A stretch of DNA of 64,000 nucleotides from an uncultured bacterium (GCA_963749495.1 CAVVMW010000004.1:544001-608000); one strand, 5' to 3'. Positions 1-10,628 are shown, counted from the first letter of the stretch. Numbers and translations are program-made. Notes: generated by a model from the letters alone, not told the origin.

Positions 1-1176
1 GACAAGCAGACCGAGTTCATCGTCGGCTACTTGCCCCTGGATTTCGTCGGCGAGACCAAAGCCGAACAGCAGAAACTCGCCAAGAACATCCTGGAAAATC
101 ACGGCGACAAGCCGCGCTCATTCCGCAACGGCATCGGCCTCGCCATCCCGTCCTCTGACCAGGTCGAAATTCTCCGCCGCGCGGTCCGCTACCTTCTGGC
201 CATCGAGCGCGTGAAGTCCAAATCCAAACAACACAACCTCACCGACGAGCAAAAGGGCCAGTTGCGCGAGCGAGAATCCACCGAGAAGGCCGCCGCTGAG
301 TCCGCTTTCCTCAAGCTCTACACCCAAGTCTGGCTCCCGAAGAAAGAAGACTCATCCCTCGGCATCGAGCCCGTCGCCGTCGGTGGCCGCCCCCTCCAAA
401 CCACCCTCAGCGCCAAGAAGGAAGCACTCATCCATGAGCGCGTCATGGAACTCCTCACCCAGGTCCAGAAGCGCGTCTTCGACACCGTCACCCCGGGCAA
501 AGTCGTCGAGTTCTTTGCCCTCGGTGAAGGCACCCCGCCCAAGCTCGGGGTCACCACCGGCGAAGTCGTCACCGGGTTCTTCTCCTTCCTCGGCCTCACC
601 CGACTGACGTCGGAAAAGATCGTCGCCAAAGCCATCGCGACCGGGGTCGAGAAACGCATCTTCGGTTACATCGGCGGCGGCGCGCCGACGCTCGGCACCG
701 ATGGCAAATACCAAGTTAGCGTGAGCAAGGTCCGCTTTGACACCCCCATCGCCCCGGACGAAATCGACCTCGATTCCGGCTTCATCATGGTCCCACAGGC
801 GATACCCATTGCGCCCCCGCCCGCCGCGTGCCCTAAGTGCGGAAAGAGTCCGTGCGAATGCGCGGTCCCTCCTGCCGCTTGTCCCCGCTGCGGACAGACG
901 CCGTGCGTCTGCCCCATCCCGCCGGTATTGTGTCTCAAGTGCGGCAAGACCCCATGCGTGTGCCTGCCGCCGCCTGTAACCGACAAGAAGGTCGAACTCA
1001 CCTTCACCGCCGACAGTGCCAAGCTTTATTCCGCATGGCAGGCAATGGCCAACTTGGCTGAGATGGCCGGCAAGGTAACCGTTACCGTGAAAGCCGAGTC
1101 CGAGTCCGGCTTCGACAAGAGCAAGCTCAACAACGGAGTCTTGGAACCGCTGCGCGAAGCCGACCTTATCGAGTAG
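1..1176 (+). CDS. C-terminal part of a DUF499-like AAA+ ATPase, with three CxxCGxxPCxC repeats (5' end outside window)
   Basis: Frame open from the window start. RSFRNGIGLAIPSSDQVEILRRAVRYLLA resembles DUF499 C-terminal regions (recognised from memory, not searched). Confidence 0.6.
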   Translation, partial: DKQTEFIVGYLPLDFVGETKAEQQKLAKNILENHGDKPRSFRNGIGLAIPSSDQVEILRRAVRYLLAIERVKSKSKQHNLTDEQKGQLRERESTEKAAAESAFLKLYTQVWLPKKEDSSLGIEPVAVGGRPLQTTLSAKKEALIHERVMELLTQVQKRVFDTVTPGKVVEFFALGEGTPPKLGVTTGEVVTGFFSFLGLTRLTSEKIVAKAIATGVEKRIFGYIGGGAPTLGTDGKYQVSVSKVRFDTPIAPDEIDLDSGFIMVPQAIPIAPPPAACPKCGKSPCECAVPPAACPRCGQTPCVCPIPPVLCLKCGKTPCVCLPPPVTDKKVELTFTADSAKLYSAWQAMANLAEMAGKVTVTVKAESESGFDKSKLNNGVLEPLREADLIE

Positions 1177-1380
1177 GCACACCGAGTCACAAGAGCAGTT
1201 CAGCCGCGAAAAGGCGCAAACGTCGCAAAACATGAAGGGCTTGCGCGCAACGGGTCTGTCACCGTCACCACATGCGTGAGGATCGTGGCGAGTGCAGGTG
1301 CTTCTTTTTGCGTTTTTTGCGCCCTTTGGCGGCTATTCAACTGCGGTTTCCAGGGCAATGCGTTACCGTGCCTGGCGGCC

Positions 1381-1455
1381 CCCTCACCCCGACCCTCTCC
1401 CCGTCTGTGGCGGCCCCTCACCCCGGCCCCTCTCCCCGTCGGACGGGGAGAGGGA
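1381..1455. repeat. REP-like palindrome (CCCTCACCCCGxCCCTCTCCC ... GGGAGAGGG)
   Basis: Two copies of ccctcaccccg.ccc(c)tctcccc followed by the complementary ggggagaggg. Confidence 0.6.
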
Positions 1456-1524
1456 GAAGGCTGGCGCAGAGAGGGCGAAGGGCCGGCCGACGTTGCGGCG
1501 GATGTTGCGCTCGGCGCGGATGCC

Positions 1525-1641
1525 GCTGCCCCAATCCCGGCCAATCCCCTGCCAGGATCGCTGAGCGGCTTTGTTTTCCGCGTATTCCGCGTGTTCCGCG
1601 GTTACCCTCAGCTCCGAAGAAGAATGAACCGCGGAATACGC
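1525..1641. repeat. Direct repeat copy 1, containing TTCCGCGTA 9-mer inverted repeats
   Basis: Near-identical to 2844-3011 but lacks the ~51-bp core. Confidence 0.85.
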
Positions 1642-1673
1642 AGCGCAGCCAAGCCGCAACCAAAAGTCGAATT

Positions 1674-1736
1674 GACCACGGATTACACGGATAGCACGGA
1701 TAGAGAAAATCCGTGTCATCCGTGAAATCCGTGGTT
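1674..1736. repeat. 9-mer-based inverted repeat (ACCACGGATTACACGGAT ... ATCCGTGAAATCCGTGGTT)
   Basis: Hairpin-forming repeats read directly. Confidence 0.75.
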
Positions 1737-1933
1737 GAACTGCCGTTTTTGGGGTCGAGGGTGTCCGCGGTCCTCGCCTCAGCCCGGTTTCGCCGCCTTC
1801 CCCTCTCCCACCTTGGCCCGATAAATCCGCCCGGCGGGCACGCCCCGGAATCAGCCTGCCGACGGTGAGGCCCCGCCCGCGACTGCCCTCCCGCCGGGCC
1901 CAGCCTGGCCAGGCACTTCAGACCGTGGGCCGC

Positions 1934-2051
1934 CCGTCCTCTCCTCCTTCCGTAGCAGGGCTACTGCGGAGGACGGGCGCAGTAGCTCTGCTACGGAGGG
2001 TGGATGGACGGCCCGTCCTCCGCAGTAGCTCTGCTACGGAAGGTGGATGGA
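1934..2051. repeat. Cluster of REP-like palindromes (GTCCTCCGCAGTAGC / GCTACTGCGGAGGAC; GCTACGGAGGGTGGA)
   Basis: Repeated and inverted copies read directly. Confidence 0.65.
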
Positions 2052-2058
2052 CCTTGGA

Positions 2059-2781
2059 CTACGATCTCTGCCTCAGCGCCTCCACCTCCGACGCCGGGAT
2101 ATAGCGCAGAAACACCTCCGTGAAATCCTCCTTCGCGTACCCCCTGCCCACCTCCTCCCCTATCCGAATTGTTGTCGGCCGTATCCCGTACGGTCGCAAC
2201 TGCTCCGCCAGCCATAGCTCCGTGTAACCCGAATTCAATATGCCCCGCAGCTCGTCGTTCCCATACAGCAGCGTGTCCGCCTCATCGATCAGCAGCGTCG
2301 GCTGCGCCTCTTCGATGACCCGGAACAAGGCCAGCGCGCTGATGTTCGCCGCCACCACCGGGCGCCTTACCAACTCGCTCAGCACCGTCAGCAACGTCGT
2401 CTTTCCGCAACGCTTCTCCGGCGATTCCACCCCTACGTACGTGCTCACCTCTCTGAGCTCGAAGGCGTAGGTGTGCAGCACCCATAAGGCCAAGGCCTCC
2501 CCCGCTGCCCCGGGCAGCACCACGAAACGCCTCAGCACCCCATCAAGTTCATCCAGCAATCCGTCCCCCGTCACTGCCTCCGGCCACGGCTCCGCCTCTT
2601 CCAGCCCCAGTCCTTTCTCGACCCGCGCCTCCTGGGCTGGGTCCCCTCCCCCGCGCTCGCCCGCTGCCGCCCGCCGGCCCGCACCGCCCCCAGCCCGCTC
2701 TCCAATCTCCGACCCCGTCCTCATATCTCCGCCTTTCATATCAGCCTTTTTGCCCTCATCATCCCACACCCGGTGGGACAA
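2059..2781 (-). pseudogene. DUF3631-domain protein (phage/ICE primase-associated), internally deleted
   Basis: ESPEKRCGKTTLL and PTLLIDEADT motifs; ILNSGY joins directly to C-terminal LAEQLRPYGIRPTTIRIG near 2222. Confidence 0.7.
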
Positions 2782-2843
2782 ATACTGTCCACCCGTCCTC
2801 TATTGTGATTGTATCTGTGCGGATGCCCCCGCAATGAAAGGGG

Positions 2844-3022
2844 GCTGCCCCAATGCCGGCCAATCCCCCCCGGGATCGCTGAGCGGCTCTGTCTTCCGCG
2901 TATTCCGCGTATTCCGCGGTTGCCCTCAGGATTCTGCCTCGTAAATAAGATTGGTTTCCATGACTGGCGAGGCTGGCAAAGCTCCGAAGAAGAATGAACC
3001 GCGGAATACGCGGAACACGCGG
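2844..3022. repeat. Direct repeat copy 2; inverted repeats enclose an 11-codon minus-strand remnant METNLIYEAES* (2926-2961)
   Basis: Alignment by eye with 1525-1641. Confidence 0.8.
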
Positions 3023-3282
3023 AAATGAACAGGTCTAGTGATTACTATTTTGTCCCGCACCCAAAGCGCTCGGCTCTACCGAGCTGGAATTGACTTCCAC
3101 CGTGTCAAACAAATATCCCGCGCGCAAGAATCCCCCCATTTTACCGAGGCTGTTGCGCCCTGTTGCGGGTCATGTTGCGGGTCTTATCTCAAAAATCCCC
3201 CGGTTCCATGCGCCTTGTAGCACTGTAGCGGGTCCATACCCTGCGCCCACACATGACCCGCTCAGGGCCGCCAACCGTGAAT

Positions 3283-3486
3283 CTCGATTACCCGTGCTGG
3301 AACACGATTGATTGGAAACCGGGTGAGACGCCCAAGGAAGGCGCCGGCAATCCTGACGGCAATGCCTGGCGTCCGGCGGAATGCGACGTGTCCATTTTGC
3401 GCCCGAACTGGTTTTGGAGTGAAGGCAGCGACCGCCGCATCCTCAGCCTGGATGACCTTGTCGAAATCTATTATATTACAGAATGA
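3283..3486 (+). pseudogene. Alpha-L-fucosidase (GH29) internal fragment
   Basis: GNPDGNAWRPAECDVSILRPNWFW...LDDLVEIYY motif. Confidence 0.7.
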
Positions 3487-6197
3487 AGAGCACATTCCCA
3501 CAATTGGCCCTAGTCGCTGTCTCCACGGTCACAGCATTGAACGCGTCCTCAGCCGGCTCGCCAGCGACGCCGGCCCCTGCGGTCCACGTGAATTATGCGC
3601 GGCCCTTCGAGCCGCCAACACGTCCGGCGTTCCTGCCGCTGCCTCCTGGGGCGGTCGAGCCTGCCGGCTGGTTGCGCGACTGGTGCCTGGCCGCGCGGGA
3701 CGGCTTCACCGGCCACATGGATGAGTATGACGACGAGTTCAAGCGGGCCTGGGCACCCGACCACAAGATGACCGGCGAAGGGCTCCTTTGGTACAAGGGC
3801 GCCTGGCCTTATGAAGGCGGCGGTTACTGGTTTGATGGTCTGGCCCGTCTTGGCTTTGCCCTGCACGACCCGGCGCTGATCGAGCAGGCGCAAAGACGGC
3901 TCTACGCGGTGGCCGATCACATGAACACCAACGGCCTGCTCTTTCTTTGGTGGCTGGACCGGAACAATGCCGGAGACCGGAAAGCGGTCACCACCGCTTT
4001 GGAGGGCTGGCCGCTCTGGGCCTGTGGCCTGCTCGGGCGCGCCATGACCGGATTCTACGCCGGGTCTGGTGACAAGCACGTTTTGGAAGCGCTCGAAAAG
4101 GCCTACGGCAGCGACCCCGACTGCTTGCGGTCGATTCCCGGTAACCTGTCGAATCCGTGGCCGGCGTTTGACACTTACTGTTGGACGGGCAACCGGGGTA
4201 TCGCGGCGGCGCTGGACGCGATGTTCACGCAAGAGGGGCAGCTCTTGCCGAGCCTGAACCGCTACCGGCAGGCGCCAGACCTGAAGCCAGGCACCACCGT
4301 GGACAACGCCCACGTGGTCGAATTCATCGAAAGCACAACGCCTTGGCTCGTGGCCTACCTGTGGACCGGCGACAGGCGCTACCGCGAAGCGGCTGTCGGC
4401 TGGCACGACCTGCTGGAGCGTGTCGCCATGCAGCCCTACGGCGTGCCGGTTGCCGACGAGTGGTATGGTCCCACGGGCGCGTTTCGAGGGAGTGAGACCT
4501 GCGATGTGGCGGGGTATATTTGGAGCCAGGTCTGTTTGCTCCTGGTGACCGGGGAAGGCCGGATGGCCGACCGGCTTGAGCGGGCGTTCTTCAATGCGGG
4601 GCCGGCCACGGTGTCGCGTGATTTCAAGACCCACGTCTATTTCCAAAGCCCCAACCGGTTCGCCAACCTGTCGCCAGACTTTCCCCATGGGCCCAGGGCC
4701 AGTGGCGGCTCCTATCGCCCCAAGCATGCGCCGCTCTGCTGCACGGCCGCACTCAACCGCATTGTGCCCTGGTTTGTCACGCATATGTGGATGGCAACTT
4801 ATGACAACGGCCTGGCGGTGGCTTGCTACGGTCCCTGCCGCGTCACGGCCCTGGCAGCCGACCAGGTACCGATTGTGATTAGCTGCCGAACCGATTATCC
4901 TTTCGACAACACCGTTGACATTTCCGTGCAGCCCGCTCGCGAGACAGCCTTCCCGCTGGAGTTTCACATTCCCGGCTGGTGTGCGGCTCCCACTCTGAGT
5001 GTGAACGGCGAAGCGGTCGTGGTCGAGCGGAACCCCAGGGGCTTCGTCCGCGTCAGTCGAAGCTGGAAACCCGGCGACACCGTCCAGTTGCGGCTGCCCA
5101 TGACCCCGAGCGTGCGAAGGGGACGCGATGCGGCCTCGGGTCCGCCTTACGATGGCGCGCACCGGCCCACACCGGTGACGATCCCGGAGGAAACCAGCAC
5201 CCGGGGTGTTCCATACGCCTCGGTTTCATACGGCCCCTTGCTCTTCGCGCTGCCCATCCCGGACACCACGGATGCCAACACGCCGGACCCCTCCGCCCGA
5301 TGGCAATTCGCGCTGGATGTGCAACACCCTGGCTTGACGATCGAACGCGCGGCGATGCCTGCCCGATGGGACTGGCCCCTGAACGCACCGCTCAAGCTGC
5401 GAGCCAACGCCGTCGAAATCGCCTGGGACCCTGACCCGAAAGCGCCCAGCCTGCCGCTCCTGCCCGCCGCCCGCTCGAAACCGGCGCAGCCAATCACGCT
5501 CATTCCGTATGGCTGCACGAAATTCCGGGTCTCGATGTTTCCGGTCACCGCCGAGCCCGAGGTCAAGCCCTCGGCCATCCGCAGAATCCTGTTTCTCGGC
5601 AACAGCATCACCCTTCACGGGCCCAAAGCGGACATAGGCTGGACCGGGAACTGGGGCATGGCGGCCAGTTCCGAGGACAAGGACTACGTCCATCTGGTCA
5701 CCAGCGCCATTGCCAGGCAGGCCGGCTCCGCACCCCGGATCATGGTCAGGAACATTGCGGATTTTGAGCGCAACTACGCGACGTATGACGTGGACGGGCA
5801 ACTGATGGACGCCTTTGCTTTCGACCCCGACCTGGTCGTTCTGGCCATCGGCGAGAACGTGCCCGCGCTGGATTCAGCGGAGGCCAGGGCAAAGTTCAAG
5901 TCAGGCGTGATGAACGTCCTGAGATGCGTCTTGGCGAAGCGCCACCCGCTGGTGGTGGTGCGCAGTTGTTTCTGGGCTGATGCGGCCAAGGACCAGGTGC
6001 TCCGCGAAGCGTGTGAGGAGACCGGCGGCATTTTCGTCGACGCGGGCCCGCTCGGCCGGGACCCCGCCAACGCAGCGCGCTCGGAACGAGCCTTCACGCA
6101 CGATGGCGTCGCCGCACACCCCGGGGACCGGGGGATGAAAGCCCTGGCCGACGCCATCGTTCAGGCCGTCATCCAGCGCGACGCCGCCCCTCGGTAA
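3483..6197 (+). CDS. Secreted GH127-like (beta-L-arabinofuranosidase-type) protein with C-terminal SGNH/GDSL domain
   Basis: Signal peptide; ETCDV, CCTAALNR and YGPLLFAL motifs; then FLGNSIT...WGMAAS...HPGDRGM. Confidence 0.85.
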   Translation: MKSTFPQLALVAVSTVTALNASSAGSPATPAPAVHVNYARPFEPPTRPAFLPLPPGAVEPAGWLRDWCLAARDGFTGHMDEYDDEFKRAWAPDHKMTGEGLLWYKGAWPYEGGGYWFDGLARLGFALHDPALIEQAQRRLYAVADHMNTNGLLFLWWLDRNNAGDRKAVTTALEGWPLWACGLLGRAMTGFYAGSGDKHVLEALEKAYGSDPDCLRSIPGNLSNPWPAFDTYCWTGNRGIAAALDAMFTQEGQLLPSLNRYRQAPDLKPGTTVDNAHVVEFIESTTPWLVAYLWTGDRRYREAAVGWHDLLERVAMQPYGVPVADEWYGPTGAFRGSETCDVAGYIWSQVCLLLVTGEGRMADRLERAFFNAGPATVSRDFKTHVYFQSPNRFANLSPDFPHGPRASGGSYRPKHAPLCCTAALNRIVPWFVTHMWMATYDNGLAVACYGPCRVTALAADQVPIVISCRTDYPFDNTVDISVQPARETAFPLEFHIPGWCAAPTLSVNGEAVVVERNPRGFVRVSRSWKPGDTVQLRLPMTPSVRRGRDAASGPPYDGAHRPTPVTIPEETSTRGVPYASVSYGPLLFALPIPDTTDANTPDPSARWQFALDVQHPGLTIERAAMPARWDWPLNAPLKLRANAVEIAWDPDPKAPSLPLLPAARSKPAQPITLIPYGCTKFRVSMFPVTAEPEVKPSAIRRILFLGNSITLHGPKADIGWTGNWGMAASSEDKDYVHLVTSAIARQAGSAPRIMVRNIADFERNYATYDVDGQLMDAFAFDPDLVVLAIGENVPALDSAEARAKFKSGVMNVLRCVLAKRHPLVVVRSCFWADAAKDQVLREACEETGGIFVDAGPLGRDPANAARSERAFTHDGVAAHPGDRGMKALADAIVQAVIQRDAAPR

Positions 6198-6261
6198 CGG
6201 GACCACGCCGTAGGCCACAAACGGGCTTGGTCTCCGGAGGTATCGGCTATAACATCGGCGT

Positions 6262-7269
6262 ATGAAACTTCTCAGCGGAGTCATCGGATTGCTCGCGGCC
6301 AGTGCGCTGGCCGCTGGGGAATTGGCGGTCAAAGCGGCGGAGATGAAGGTCTATAGCGACCCGGAGCACGCCGACGCGGACTTCAGATTCCAGGGTGAAT
6401 ATGCCGACGCCGGCGCCAAGCTTGGCGCGCAGGTCCGCGCGCTGGGCCATGGCGCGTTCCGCACGATGTTCTTTGCCGGCGGTCTGCCTGGAGACGGTTG
6501 GGACGGAAAGACCATCATCCAGAAGGCCCCCAGCACCGATACCACCACGCCCGCCGACGCCCGCCTCGAAGGCGATAAGGTCGTCATTGACCAGGTGTAC
6601 CAAGGCGTTTGCGACGGCCAGACCCTCACCGGCCAGACCGACACCGGCCGGAAGTTCGAGTTGAAGCGCGTCAAGCGGCGCAGCCCGACCCTCGGCGCTC
6701 CGGCTCCAGCCGACGCCATCGTGCTCTTCGACGGCTCAAATACCGACAAATGGCAACCGGGCGCCCGTATGACACCGCAGAAATGGATTACCTCGGCCGG
6801 CGGCGCGACTACGAAGCGGCAGTTCCAGGACTTCACGCTGCACGTCGAGTTCATGATCTCTTACATGCCCGAGACCCAAACCATTTACCAGCGTCCCAAC
6901 AGCGGCGTCTATTTGCAGCAGCGTTACGAAATCCAGATTCTCGATTCCTTCGGCGTCGTGATGGGCCAGCACGATTGCGGCGTCCTCTATGCGCAGGTGA
7001 CGCCGGCGATCAATATGTGCTACCCGCCGCTGACGTGGCAGACCTACGACATTGATTTCACGGCTGCCCGTTACGACGCTGCCGGTCGGAAGGCAAAGCT
7101 CGGCCGCTGCACGGTGAAGTTCAACGGCGTCACTATCCTGGACAATGTAGAGATCAAAGGTTCGACGCCCGGCGGGATTGCGGAAAGCCCAGACCCGGCC
7201 GGCATCTACCTTCAAGCCCACGGTCACCCGATCTTTTTCAAGAACATCTGGATCGTAGAGAAGAAATAG
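6262..7269 (+). CDS. DUF1080 (3-keto-disaccharide hydrolase-like) protein
   Basis: DAIVLFDG, NSGVYLQQRYEIQILDSFG, WQTYDIDF, LQAHGHPIFFKNIW. Confidence 0.9.
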   Translation: MKLLSGVIGLLAASALAAGELAVKAAEMKVYSDPEHADADFRFQGEYADAGAKLGAQVRALGHGAFRTMFFAGGLPGDGWDGKTIIQKAPSTDTTTPADARLEGDKVVIDQVYQGVCDGQTLTGQTDTGRKFELKRVKRRSPTLGAPAPADAIVLFDGSNTDKWQPGARMTPQKWITSAGGATTKRQFQDFTLHVEFMISYMPETQTIYQRPNSGVYLQQRYEIQILDSFGVVMGQHDCGVLYAQVTPAINMCYPPLTWQTYDIDFTAARYDAAGRKAKLGRCTVKFNGVTILDNVEIKGSTPGGIAESPDPAGIYLQAHGHPIFFKNIWIVEKK

Positions 7270-7393
7270 GACGGTTGCGGAGGTGGCGCTCAGCGAAACC
7301 GCAGGGAGAAAATGTCCGCGTCCTTCCGATGTGGTCACGCTGGTCAGCTATCGGGGGCCGGAACCGGCGCGCGGAATCCCCGACCCCTACACC

Positions 7394-7459
7394 CGCATTC
7401 CCATCGGCCTGGAGAACACGGCCGACATCACCGCCGACTTCCAGCAGGCACTCGTCTGA
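7394..7459 (+). pseudogene. C-terminal remnant of a Cys/Met metabolism PLP enzyme
   Basis: Reads RIPIGLENTADITADFQQALV*, similar to the family's RLSIGLE..DL..D..QAL end. Confidence 0.45.
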
Positions 7460-7465
7460 TCGGGA

Positions 7466-7665
7466 TTGGATGATGAACGGAATGCGGATGCCCCCTTCCC
7501 AGGTCTGGGCCTTGAAACCGCGCAAAGGGCCATTGCCCGAGGTTGTCTGCGCTGTCGGGCCGCCGTTGTCGCTGAGGAAAAAGACGAGCGTGTTCTCCTC
7601 CTGGCCAAGCTCCCGGATTTTGGCCAGCACGCTCCCCACCGCGTCGTCCATGGCGGAGAGCGTAT
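7466..7665 (-). pseudogene. Sulfatase internal fragment
   Basis: AMDDAVGSVL...NTLVFFLSDNGG...NGPLRGFKAQTWEGGIRIPFII. Confidence 0.8.
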
Positions 7666-8053
7666 GAGAGAGTCTCATCACTGGGCCAGGTTGGCGTGGA
7701 TGTTGATATTCACCGGTTTGTTAGACGACCAATTCGCCACTGGGTTACGAACTCGTCATAAAAGAACCTCTTCGGCATTCAACCGGAGCGATTGAATCTG
7801 ATCACCTCCCGGAGCCGGCGAACTCGGAAAGTTGCCTCCCCGCCCCAACTGGTTTGATTCGTCTCAACCCCAGCGTTCACGGGCCAGATACCAGGGACTT
7901 GCTGCCCAACCCAAGTGTTGGAACTGTCGAGGTGCGCACCCCTCTAGCCCGTCAACGCCCGTAGTTTAAGGCATTTGTCTTCGAAACAACCCTTCAGGGC
8001 AGCACATCAGATTCGAAGGGGCCGCATTATCGAATCAAATTTCAATGACTCAA

Positions 8054-8875
8054 CTACTTAGCGGGTGCTGCCCATTGGACTGCGTTGACGAAGATCTTGC
8101 GGATCTCAGGGCGGTGATAGTCGTTGTACGTTTCGTGGCCGGGAGTGAAGTAGAAAACGCGGCCTTGCCCAATGGTCCAGCAAAGCCCCATGCGCCCCGG
8201 CTCGGTCTTGCCATCCGGCCGAGTATAAATGCCATCCAGCGGGACGGACTCGGGCGTTGGGACGGCAAACGGCTCCCCGTATCGCTCGATCCGAGGCAGT
8301 GTGAAATTCTTCACTCCATCGCAAATCGGGTGGTTCGGCTCCTTGACGATGATCTCGACTGAGGTGCCGTCGGCCACGTACTCACGCCAACTGCAAGGCG
8401 TCCCGAGCAGCTTCTTGAGCGCCTTGGAGAAGTGGGACGAGTGGGTGGCGATGAACCCCATCTTGCCCTCCCTCACGCGACTCACAATCCTGCTCACCAA
8501 CGCGTCTTTTACCTCGCCGTGCTTTTTGTGTCCCCACCAGATCAGCACGTCCGTGCGGCTGAGCAATTCGTCGCTGATGCCTTGGTCGGGATCGTTCAGG
8601 CTGGCTTTGACAATCTCCCACCCTTTGGCTCCGAGGGGCTTGAGTCCTTCCGCAATGGCGGTATTGATGTCATCGGGGTAAATCGCCTTGGACTCGGGGT
8701 CTACGTTTGCCGTGCCTTCGGACCAGACCACGGCGGTGCGTTTGCCCGAGGCCGCCGACACCATCTGAGGGCTCAAGAGCAGTCCAGCGGTGGCGGCGGC
8801 GCCCAATCCCAATGCGCTGCGGCGTGAGAGTTGCCTGGGGTTTGGTTTGAGACCCGAGATCGAGTTGTGCTTCAT
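8054..8875 (-). CDS. ThuA-domain (trehalose utilisation-like) protein with Tat signal
   Basis: LSRRSAL Tat motif; DVLIWWGH, HSSHFSK, GRVFYFTPGHETY. Confidence 0.88.
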   Translation of the reverse strand: MKHNSISGLKPNPRQLSRRSALGLGAAATAGLLLSPQMVSAASGKRTAVVWSEGTANVDPESKAIYPDDINTAIAEGLKPLGAKGWEIVKASLNDPDQGISDELLSRTDVLIWWGHKKHGEVKDALVSRIVSRVREGKMGFIATHSSHFSKALKKLLGTPCSWREYVADGTSVEIIVKEPNHPICDGVKNFTLPRIERYGEPFAVPTPESVPLDGIYTRPDGKTEPGRMGLCWTIGQGRVFYFTPGHETYNDYHRPEIRKIFVNAVQWAAPAK

Positions 8876-9189
8876 GGAGGGATTATGCTCATGCGCGTGC
8901 CATGAGGCAAGCGTCATCGGAAGTTACGGGGCCTCACGGAGCCCATGCGCTGGCCGCATCGGTCTTCGGACCTCGGCTGGATCAGACGGAATAGGGGGGA
9001 AATCGGAGAGTGGTAAGCGCGAGGTTGTGCTTTCTGGTCCTCTGACACTTCGCTGGAAATACCGTCCGCCGAGAGGCGGACACCAGCCACGCCTGGCGCC
9101 TACAAGCTCCGGTTCCTCGAAAGCCCGTGCCGAATGAAGAAGGCGGAGGACCTGAATCCTCCGCCCGAACGACCAGAATTCTGGAACAA

Positions 9190-9224
9190 CTACTTGGTTC
9201 CGAGAATCGCGTCTTTGGCAGCCC
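9190..9224 (-). pseudogene. 3' end of a second HU-like gene (AAKDAILGTK*), with downstream hairpin at 9143-9166
   Basis: 9135-9223 is similar to 10572-10662. Confidence 0.6.
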
Positions 9225-9387
9225 TCCTGCACTTGCAACGTCGCTAGCGCCTGACGCAAAGCGTTTTGGGCATTACAGTGAGTATGCGTCATTCGACGTT
9301 GACCCCAATTCCGTTTAGATGTAGCATTGCACTCACGGCAAGATTTGAATATGCCGAGACGACGAAACTCAACCAATTGGATTTCTG

Positions 9388-10446
9388 ATGAGAATAAGTA
9401 GAATCGCATATGCCATTTTTCGGTTGTCACTGGCAGTCCTGATCACATCGTTTGCTCAGGCGCAGTCTCCCACGTCCACAGCTAACGGGACAGGCCCTTA
9501 TCACGTCTCCCAGACCTTCCATGTCGGAGGCGAAGGTGGCTGGGATTACCTGACCGTCGATCCGGAGCGCAAGCTCCTGTACGTTCCGCGCTCGACGCAC
9601 ACGATGGTCCTCGACGCCAACACAGGCAAAACCGTCGCGGACATCCCCGGCCAGAAGCGCAACCACGGTGTGGCCATCGTCGCCAGCGCTGGACGTGGGT
9701 TCATTACAGATGGCGTGGATGCCTCCGTCACCGTCTTCGACTTGAGAACTTACGCCGTGCTCGGCAAGGTCAAGACTGCTGACGACTCTGACGGGCTCAT
9801 CTACGACCCAGCCAGTCGCAAGGTCTTGGTTGTCTGCGGGGACGCCGGTGTGCTGATTCCCATCTCGCCGGATTTGGATGTCGCAACGGGCAAAGCGGAC
9901 GCGGCGGTGGAGCTTGGGGGCAAGCCGGAGTTTCTCGTCGCGGATGGGCAGGGGAGAGCCTACATCAACCTCGTAAACAAGGATCAGGTCGCGGTTGTGG
10001 ACACCAAGACGATGAAGGTCGTTAATAAATGGCCAACGACTCCCGGCGGGTCACCGGTTGGTATGTCGATGGATTTCGCGCAACGCCGCTTGTTCATCGG
10101 ATGTCGAAAGCCGCAGAAGTTGGTCGTCATGGGTGCGGATGACGGCAAGGTCCTCGCCGATCTCGCGATTGGCGCCGGTGTCGACGCCACGAAATTCGAC
10201 GGTGACGCGTTTGCCAGTTGCGGCGACAGTACTCTCACCGTTGCCCGGGAGACGGCGCCTGGCAAATTCGAGGTCGTCCAGACCGTGCACACTCCACGGG
10301 GTGCGCGAACCATGGGTATCGATCCGGCAACCCATACGCTCTATCTACCCACGGCGGAGTTTGAGGCTCCGTCGGAAGGTCAATCCCGACCACGTCCGAA
10401 ACCAGGCTCGTTCATGATCGTCGTCGTAAGCCCCTCTGGCAAATAG
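9388..10446 (+). CDS. YncE/YVTN-family beta-propeller protein, secreted
   Basis: GGEGGWDYLTVD, LGGKPEF, GARTMGIDP repeats. Confidence 0.85.
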   Translation: MRISRIAYAIFRLSLAVLITSFAQAQSPTSTANGTGPYHVSQTFHVGGEGGWDYLTVDPERKLLYVPRSTHTMVLDANTGKTVADIPGQKRNHGVAIVASAGRGFITDGVDASVTVFDLRTYAVLGKVKTADDSDGLIYDPASRKVLVVCGDAGVLIPISPDLDVATGKADAAVELGGKPEFLVADGQGRAYINLVNKDQVAVVDTKTMKVVNKWPTTPGGSPVGMSMDFAQRRLFIGCRKPQKLVVMGADDGKVLADLAIGAGVDATKFDGDAFASCGDSTLTVARETAPGKFEVVQTVHTPRGARTMGIDPATHTLYLPTAEFEAPSEGQSRPRPKPGSFMIVVVSPSGK

Positions 10447-10578
10447 GGCAAATAGCAGTGGGATTGCTGCTCCGGTTCAGGCGGGTTTCGGCGGCTGTGG
10501 CGGGCTCTCGTGTTCCTCTTTTCTCCGGCAGACGCATGACGGCCAACCCCACACCTGGCCCATGGCTGAAAATGAAAA

Positions 10579-10600
10579 TGGCGGAGGAAACCAAATCCTC
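10579..10600 (-). terminator. Hairpin downstream of HU (GGCGGAGGA / TCCTCCGCC)
   Basis: 9-bp inverted repeat followed by ATTTTCATTTT on the minus strand. Confidence 0.55.
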
Positions 10601-10628
10601 CGCCTGAACGACCAGACTTTTCAAACGA

